A stretch of DNA of 64,000 nt from an uncultured virus (IMG/VR IMGVR_UViG_3300017938_000552). Its lineage: Duplodnaviria > Heunggongvirae > Uroviricota > Caudoviricetes. The notes beneath the pieces were generated by a model. That model ran no database searches. It saw only the letters and a program-made list of their open reading frames with translations, and was not told the DNA's origin. Location: IMG/VR virus record IMGVR_UViG_3300017938_000552; one strand, given 5' to 3'. Made by a program: the position numbers and the translations under genes. Of the stretch, positions 56,876 to 64,000 are shown in pieces. Every line of letters starts with the position of its first letter. Position 1 is the stretch's first letter.

Positions 56876-57378
56876 AATGTATCATCTATTATATGTAGTT
56901 TATAAGTCTTACGGTTTCTTAATTCTCTTGATTATTGGTATTCTTATTTTACAATCCTTGGAACAGTGGAAACCGACACCATAGCCATTGTCAGAGCCTA
57001 TGCCCTGATTTGTGCCACAAACCAGACTCAAACGCCATTCACCTTCTCTAATATATCCGGGTGGGAAGAGATCAAATACGGCTTGAAACCTTTCACAATC
57101 AACTTCCTTCTGCTTTTCAACAGCCTCACGTAGTAGAGTCATTGGTGGTTGAACAGTTACATTCATTATCAAATCAATCAACTTCCAGTATGATATTTCC
57201 AATTTTGATAGAGTGGACAGATTTTTGGATCACATGGATGTTTATAATATGTATGGTCTATCCTATCACCAATCACACAACTAAAATCAACAAGTTCTTT
57301 TTCTGTTGAAAATAAACCTGTTTTCTTATCTTCATACATTCCTTTTTGAAAGGCACATACTCTTTCTGGTGATGACAT

Positions 57379-58209
57379 TTACCTAACCTCTTCAAACCTT
57401 ATATCAAGAATATCTCTGTCTCTTGTGCCATTTAGGAACGGATGAACTTCCAATCTCACAGAACCAATTGCTACAGGTGGTAGCATCTTACGGCTGATAT
57501 ATGTACTTTTCGGTGCTACAAAGCCTTTCTGATATCCACCTGTGAGAACAAAATATTGATCCATATCCACCATTTCATGTAACCTTTCATCGGGTTGGAG
57601 ATATTGTTCATGCAACCACCCAAGTCTATGTACATGTCCCATTGCGAAAACTGCTGGTGTTCTGTAAACATCAACTGGATTATGGATTTTATTGAAGCTG
57701 GAACCAGAGGTTCTTCCACCCCCATCACCATGCCACAATACAAAATCTACGTTTCTCCGTGCCTGACTGTTCTTGACCTTGACCTTGTATCGAACATAGC
57801 TCTCATAGTCACCATAGGGCATTTTAAGTTCTGCACATAGCCAGTTTACATAGTTTACATTCTCAGCCTTTACCCAATCCCTATCATGGTTTCCGATGAG
57901 GGCACAATCCACCTTTGGTGCTATTGGCTTTATGAAATCCCTGAATTCCGTATAGAGTGTAAGTGGGTCGGGTTTTTTGTAGTCACCTTCTTCTCTTCGT
58001 GAATCATTTTTTGGGAAAGAATAACAGTAATCACCCATAAGATTTACTCTTGTGTTCTTATCCTTCATGTCCTCAACAACACGGTCACGGAATCTGTACA
58101 TGGCTTTTTCATCTGTGGTTAATGCACCATAGTGATCATCACCATGCAAATAGACAGTGAACGTATCTCGATGAGATTCTAGTTCTATGTTATAAACAAA
58201 TAACTGCAA
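57379..58209 (-). CDS. Calcineurin-like metallophosphoesterase
   Basis: GDDHYG, MGDY, IGNHD, WHG, MGHVH. Confidence 0.88.
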   Translation of the reverse strand: MQLFVYNIELESHRDTFTVYLHGDDHYGALTTDEKAMYRFRDRVVEDMKDKNTRVNLMGDYCYSFPKNDSRREEGDYKKPDPLTLYTEFRDFIKPIAPKVDCALIGNHDRDWVKAENVNYVNWLCAELKMPYGDYESYVRYKVKVKNSQARRNVDFVLWHGDGGGRTSGSSFNKIHNPVDVYRTPAVFAMGHVHRLGWLHEQYLQPDERLHEMVDMDQYFVLTGGYQKGFVAPKSTYISRKMLPPVAIGSVRLEVHPFLNGTRDRDILDIRFEEVR

Positions 58210-58307
58210 CTTTAATCTATGGAGAATACATTATATGTATTTATAAACCTTTGTGTTTTAGAAACGGAATGGTTATATACTAGTTCCGTGCTTACTGTTT
58301 TGATACT

Positions 58308-59304
58308 ATGTTAGAGGTTCAGATAACGCCAACAAAGCCTGAATATGCAAAATACGCCTTTGAACTTAGGTTCATCTGTAAGCGTATTTGTTTTGCAAAT
58401 GACAATATAGAATTCTTCACCGTATGGGGAGAAGAGGGGTGGGATAGAAGTATACCAACGACAAATGGTTACTTTAATATAGAAATTACAGAAGTGAACT
58501 AAATGAGGGAAAAAGTTGGATGTCAAACAAGAAATAACCATAGGAGAAATCTATAATGGTATTTGGATTAGGTAATAAAGATAATGATAATCAACCAAGA
58601 ACAATTATTATAAATTTCGGTGATAGGGTCTTTCTCGACAATTTTGTTTTAACAAACTCTGGGTTAAATCATGGTGAACTTGTGTTATCAGTGTATTACA
58701 CAGAAGGTACATATGAAGGATATACTTTTAGGTCTTTTATTTATTCACTATTTCCCACATATAATTCTAAGTTTACCATTGGACATCATCAAATAGAAGT
58801 ACAAAGTATAGTAGGAGATACAATTACCATAGAATCGACTATAATAAAGGAATGATGAAGTAAATGAGAGAAAGAACAGGGGTAAACACAAAATTCCAAA
58901 ATTTGATAAAATTCCCAGAACTTGGTGGAAAGTGGACTAACACTGGTGAGGGTGGATTAAATGTTTACGCAGTAATACTTCAGCCTGAAAAGTTGGAGAA
59001 CTATTATGCAAAGTGCCTAACGGGTACTCCGGGCTGGGAAGATATGGAAGGTGTACTTTTCCCCGAGAAATACATAGAAATCAGTGATGCTATGCATGAA
59101 CAAGAACAAATAAATTATTCACCATCATTTGAACCTGCAAACTTGGTAATGTTGATTGGAACGACTAAGATCGCTTTCTGGGATGGAAATTTCTATTTCA
59201 CAGCCAAGATGAATGATCTCACAGACCACGGTAAGGACTTGTTCGATATAATTAAATTTGCTTATGGTGTGTATCCAGACATAGTTACTCTGTTGGATAC
59301 TTAG
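58308..59304 (+). other. Plus-strand island of three hypothetical genes
   Basis: 58308..58502, 58556..58855, 58864..59304. Confidence 0.6.
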
Positions 59305-59528
59305 TTATTCTTATGGTCTAAGAAGGTTCATACGTGGATTTTTAACTAACACTATACTTCTTATTTTATAAGGATAATCTTTCTCGAATTTACATCTTGC
59401 CTCTTTTTTATTCTGAGCAATAATATATTTACCAGAACACATTATAATTGCTTTTTCTGGATGAGCATAGTGCATAGAATATGAAAGCATATACAATTTA
59501 TCCCTATGCTTTCTAACCATTCACAAGC

Positions 59529-59870
59529 CTACTTTTTCTTAGCCTTGCCGAATTCTCTTTCCATTTCTTTATAGATTTTGCTCTCAGATTTTCCTCTAAA
59601 ATTATCTGCCATATGTCTGCCTATAGAATTGGTTAAAAATCTATCTTCGATGAACTTATCTGTTTTCTTAGCATCCTTGAAGTATTTCATAACAGGCTTG
59701 TCAGTTCCCTTTCGCCTATTTATGCTACCGACATACCCAAACGGAAAGTCATTCACATATTTCTGAAGGGTTGGTCGTTTCCAAATCCTATCAGGAATCA
59801 GACCTTGCTTTGCGTGTACTGTTCCTCTTTTTTCTTTCTTGTTGTAATCATACTGAACATACTTGACCAT
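59529..59870 (-). CDS. Basic hypothetical protein
   Basis: 113 aa, Lys-rich; class I promoter at ~59900-59916. Confidence 0.7.
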   Translation of the reverse strand: MVKYVQYDYNKKEKRGTVHAKQGLIPDRIWKRPTLQKYVNDFPFGYVGSINRRKGTDKPVMKYFKDAKKTDKFIEDRFLTNSIGRHMADNFRGKSESKIYKEMEREFGKAKKK

Positions 59871-60621
59871 TGTTTATCATAACAATTATATAGCCAAGTA
59901 TATTTAAACGTTTCGGTGGTTACTTTATCTTCTCTATCTTTACATTTCTTTCTATGTCTCGTTCCATGATTTCAGTACCACATCTGAAATGTTCGGTCAA
60001 CTTGTCTATTACAGCACTCAGAATTTCAGATTCCAAGTCTACATTAATTACATCAGCCAAAATGTCTAGTTCTGGTGATATTTTTACTTTGTATTCTGTC
60101 ATTTATTCCACTTCCATTTCGTTATAAATATATCCTTCATCCCCTGTTCTATATCCAGTCGGAAGTTCCTCAATTTCCTCATTTTCATCTTTATGAAAAA
60201 TGTTCTCATGTACAAAACCAATCTTCTGTTTGCAAAAGGCTAGTGCATCCTCTTTGTGCTTGAAAGCCTTTATGAACTGGGAACCTTCATGGTCCGTGAA
60301 ATGCTCAACCACATATACCATCATTTCTATCAGATAACAATATGATAGGAACTAATATTTAAGGGTTGTGTTCTACCACAGAAATATAATATTTATCTCA
60401 ATACCACATTCTAACAAAGAAAAGAATCAGTGAAATAGCAAATGCAACAACAACCAACCTTAAACTTCGTGACAATTATCCCAATTCCCTTTCTATTTCT
60501 TTTTTAAACCTTTCAGCTTCTTTTTGTTGTTCTGGTGTGAGTTGGGCAGAGCTATCCTTCTTGGGTTTCTTCTTTTCTATTGATGTCACTATCCACTCTG
60601 GGACATCTTTCACAATTCCTT

Positions 60622-60900
60622 TCACAGCCTTTCAAGTGGTTTATCCTCATCCATACTATCTACAACATTTAATAGAACTTCACAATCACAGTACCCGCCA
60701 TGAAACATAAGCGTGTCACTAATGGTTTTGAAGTTTAGATTGTGATCCTTACAGTACTGTTCGGTCATCGTAAGTCTACCATCACATTTCCAAGTGGCTT
60801 TTCCATTTATATCATGGAAGTTGCACTCTCTTTCAAGATGGTCGAACAAATCCCTATAGGTCGGTTCGTACCTATAAACTTCAGCATTACACATCATCAA
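60622..60900 (-). CDS. DUF2695-like protein
   Basis: CDG.L...HGGYCDCEVLLNV. Confidence 0.75.
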   Translation of the reverse strand: MMMCNAEVYRYEPTYRDLFDHLERECNFHDINGKATWKCDGRLTMTEQYCKDHNLNFKTISDTLMFHGGYCDCEVLLNVVDSMDEDKPLERL

Positions 60901-61346
60901 TCACCATTCATAGATATATACTTCTTTAGCCGAATCACTCTCAGTAACCTGCACACGTTTGTGACAGATTGAACACTCTGCTGTCCGTTTCCAACCCATA
61001 ACTGTGGCTTGATCATATTGAGAAGGCGTATATATCCTGTAGTTGTTATGAAAACAGCCAATCAAGCCAAAGTCTCTTTGAATCTGGGTTTTTCCTTCCA
61101 TTTGAGAACAGCATTAAAGTATAGTTCTGTTAGAGTATAAAAAGGTTTTGGTTTATTTCACTTAAAGTGAAATCTCTTTTTTATCAGATTTTTTATTATT
61201 ATTTTTTACATTTTGATATTGCCATTCTGCCCATATCCCAATTATAAAGAAGCCAATTCTATTACATAAAATGGTTTCAATTCGATAACCAATAATTAGG
61301 CATCCTATTAGACCTATAATTAGGATTATGAGTGATTTTTTATTCA

Positions 61347-61982
61347 TTACTCCCAATACTCCTTATATTTTTCATCAAACACTTCTGCGGATATGACTTT
61401 CAGTTGTTGATATATCATTTGAGCAACCTGTCTTATTTCCCATTGGGATGTTCTATCCAGCCTCAATTTCAGGAAATGTAACCAACTTCTAAAATTCATA
61501 GTTACAACAACCAGTGTTTCTGTTGCATTTGGTAACAGGAATCTAGCATCTTCTGACGGAATCCCATACTTTTCTATAAGTATTTTATAGGAACTTTCAC
61601 AGGCATCTATGGTGGCTACATAAAGTTTAAGTGCATCTGAATTTATCGTTGGTGGAATAATATATCCCATTTTTTCAACAGGAACAACTCTTTGGCTCAT
61701 TTGTGCGTAGGATGCTATTCGATGCCTGACTAACTGATGGCTAAATGCCCTGCTAACACCTGTTATCTGGAACGTTGCCGATGCATGTTCCAACACACCT
61801 AGATGCCCAAATTTAAATATATTTTCAATCCGTTTTGAGAATTTTAAATTCTTCCTCTTTTTCTCTATGTTGTCATAACTCTCTTGACATTGTAAGAGGG
61901 CTGTTTCAATAACCTTGTTCGGATCGGGTGTATATGCAATTAAATTAACTCTTGGTACAGTTACCTTCAAGCCTTCAACCAC
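61347..61982 (-). CDS. thyX: FAD-dependent thymidylate synthase ThyX
   Basis: GHLGVLEH, VSRAFSHQLVRHRIASYAQMSQR (RHRx7S), EDARFLLP, MNFRSW, SQWEIR. Confidence 0.96.
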   Translation of the reverse strand: MVEGLKVTVPRVNLIAYTPDPNKVIETALLQCQESYDNIEKKRKNLKFSKRIENIFKFGHLGVLEHASATFQITGVSRAFSHQLVRHRIASYAQMSQRVVPVEKMGYIIPPTINSDALKLYVATIDACESSYKILIEKYGIPSEDARFLLPNATETLVVVTMNFRSWLHFLKLRLDRTSQWEIRQVAQMIYQQLKVISAEVFDEKYKEYWE

Positions 61983-63301
61983 GCATCCATAGCCCTGTCG
62001 ATTCGTTCCTTATATATACCATAAAGTTTCTCAACCTGACCAGAATCATTGACTATTCTAGACACAGAGGACAAACCACCTAAATTTGCAATGTAAATTA
62101 TATCGTCTTTGACTGTGATTAGCTTTGTCTTTTCAAGGTAGGAAACATCTGCTTTTAGATCGTCCAAACCTTCCCAGAATGTCAGATGCTCACCCATCCA
62201 CAGGAATTTACTGTGAAAGTTATAAAGTTCAGAAATTAATATTTTAGTTTTACCAGTTGATTCCCAATACCTGTCAAGAATGTATGCTAAGTATGTCCAC
62301 ATTTCAAATGTTATTGTTGCAGGAGTATAAAAATGTTTTGGTTTGGAGTATTTTATAATGTTCTTTTTAGTACAATATAATTTTGTGTAATTTCAACAGT
62401 TGTAAAAGTAAAATCGGTTTCACTATGAAAACCATAAGAACGCCAAGAAAATTCTGTGCCTTTATTAACAATTGGATAGGTATAATTAAATGGATCAACA
62501 TACCATTGAGATGGCTGATCACTAGAATAAGACATTCCCCCAACCACATAAGAAACAGAGACTATTCCATCCTTGTAATAACTGAATTCATAGGAACCAA
62601 TATATTTAGTATTTCCTCTTTCTATTGTTACAGAATCTCCAATAGGAAAACCATGAAATATAAAAATATTGGATATAATAGCAATAATTCCAATGGTGAT
62701 TAACATGCTACCAATAGCTAATTGATATTTTTCTTTCATGTTTTTTACCTATTTCAGTATTGTATTATACGTTCACTTTCCCTTGCCATACATCGACCAC
62801 AACATATCTCTTGTCAATTTAGCATCTTCACTCAAAAACATATCCTCAAGCCCATCAAACCAAGCCTTAACTTCACGACTATCTAAAACAAGGGCATATT
62901 TACAGTCAACACTTTTGGAATGTGGAAATGTGGAAGTTTTAAAAGTAACGTAGTACTCTACCTTAGCCAGTTTATCCTCTAATTCCCCTACTCTGTGGCT
63001 CAAAGCATCACGTTCCTTTTGAAGTTCATCTACATCACGATAATGACTATCCATTTTCAATCACCTTAATTCAACATATTTATCGAGTTTCGGATTTGGT
63101 GTCACATCAATCCAGACTTTGTGCTTAGAGTCATAGAGCATGTGTTTTCCCGTTTTTGTGGTGTATTGACCTTTTTTTCGTTCCCAAATCATCTCATTCA
63201 CCCATACTATGTTATGTTTTAACATACCCTGTAGTATAAAAAGGTTTCGATTTATGAGAAAGGTTTATATATCAACCAATAGGAAAGTTATGGATTGTTA
63301 T

Positions 63302-64000
63302 ATGAATCCAGAAACCAAACTCCGTATTTGTGGCATCGAGAGCATGTCCACAATAGATTGGTACGGTATGGTTAGTATGGTGGTTTTCTGTGCTGGTTGC
63401 AACTTTCGATGCCAATATTGTCAAAATTCAGCACTAATCCCGATGGATTCTGGTGAAGATGTTAATCTCTACTATATTATGGATAGGATAAAGAAAAACA
63501 GGCTTGTGTTAGATTCGATTGTATTTACTGGTGGTGAACCAACCCTCCAACCAGATGCTGTTATCGAGTGTGCCAAACTCGCTAAGGAAATCGGACTCAA
63601 GGTTATGCTTAACACAAACGGAACTAACTGGGAGAACTTGAGAAAGATTCTTTATAGTGGATATATTGATAGAGTTGCACTTGATGTCAAAGCACCACCA
63701 GAAACAGATGAATACAGAATCTTCTCAGATAATCCTATCGGGACTATATGGTCTGTCGATACGTGCCTCAAGGTCTGCAAGAGACTTGGAATAGAGATGG
63801 AAGTTAGAACCACAGTTGCACCAGATATTTCCGATTCACCAGACTATATCAGAAAGATTGCCAACTTCATAAAGGATCGGTGTGATGTTTACTATCTACA
63901 GCAATATGACAATCTTGGAGATGTGCTTAATCCAGAAATGAAGAAAAAATCATCACCAACCAGAGAAAAAATGCTTGGTCTTGCTCAGGAAGCATTGAGT
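63302..64000 (+). CDS. nrdG: Anaerobic ribonucleotide reductase activating radical SAM protein, runs off window end
   Basis: Read by hand: STIDWYG...VFCAGCNFRCQYCQN...FTGGEPTLQ...LNTNG...VALDVKAP...EVRTT. Confidence 0.85.
   Translation, partial: MNPETKLRICGIESMSTIDWYGMVSMVVFCAGCNFRCQYCQNSALIPMDSGEDVNLYYIMDRIKKNRLVLDSIVFTGGEPTLQPDAVIECAKLAKEIGLKVMLNTNGTNWENLRKILYSGYIDRVALDVKAPPETDEYRIFSDNPIGTIWSVDTCLKVCKRLGIEMEVRTTVAPDISDSPDYIRKIANFIKDRCDVYYLQQYDNLGDVLNPEMKKKSSPTREKMLGLAQEALS

Overview
AT-rich, densely coding 64-kb segment that reads as part of a large archaeal virus or virus-like element, not a cellular chromosome. It holds well over 100 short, mostly minus-strand orphan ORFs with coupled stop/start codons, archaeal BRE-TATA promoters, GGTGA/GAGG ribosome-binding sites and many Zn-finger proteins. 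No capsid, terminase, DNA polymerase, rRNA, canonical tRNA or CRISPR is recognisable. Left end: a >1100-aa putative virion protein, membrane proteins, a frameshifted glycosyltransferase and a P-loop ATPase. Next come a tyrosine recombinase with a dif/lox-like palindrome in front of it, a NUMOD3 endonuclease and a Dam-type methylase. A ~3-kb operon of very basic microproteins carries a clear ribosomal protein eS30 homologue, which points to a TACK/Asgard-type host. Then follow a ParB/methylase/radical-SAM module, two anchored collagen-like proteins and ~38 kb of small accessory genes, including SLOG, NADAR, ThyX, NrdG, a HAD phosphatase and a metallophosphoesterase. Most unusual: (1) a separately promoted, ORF-free 62-nt RNA with a tRNA-like 7-bp acceptor stem ending in ACCA; (2) the eS30-containing basic-microprotein operon; (3) two classes of near-identical promoter repeats that cut the genome into cassette-like units. 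All family calls come from motif recognition by eye; no searches were run.
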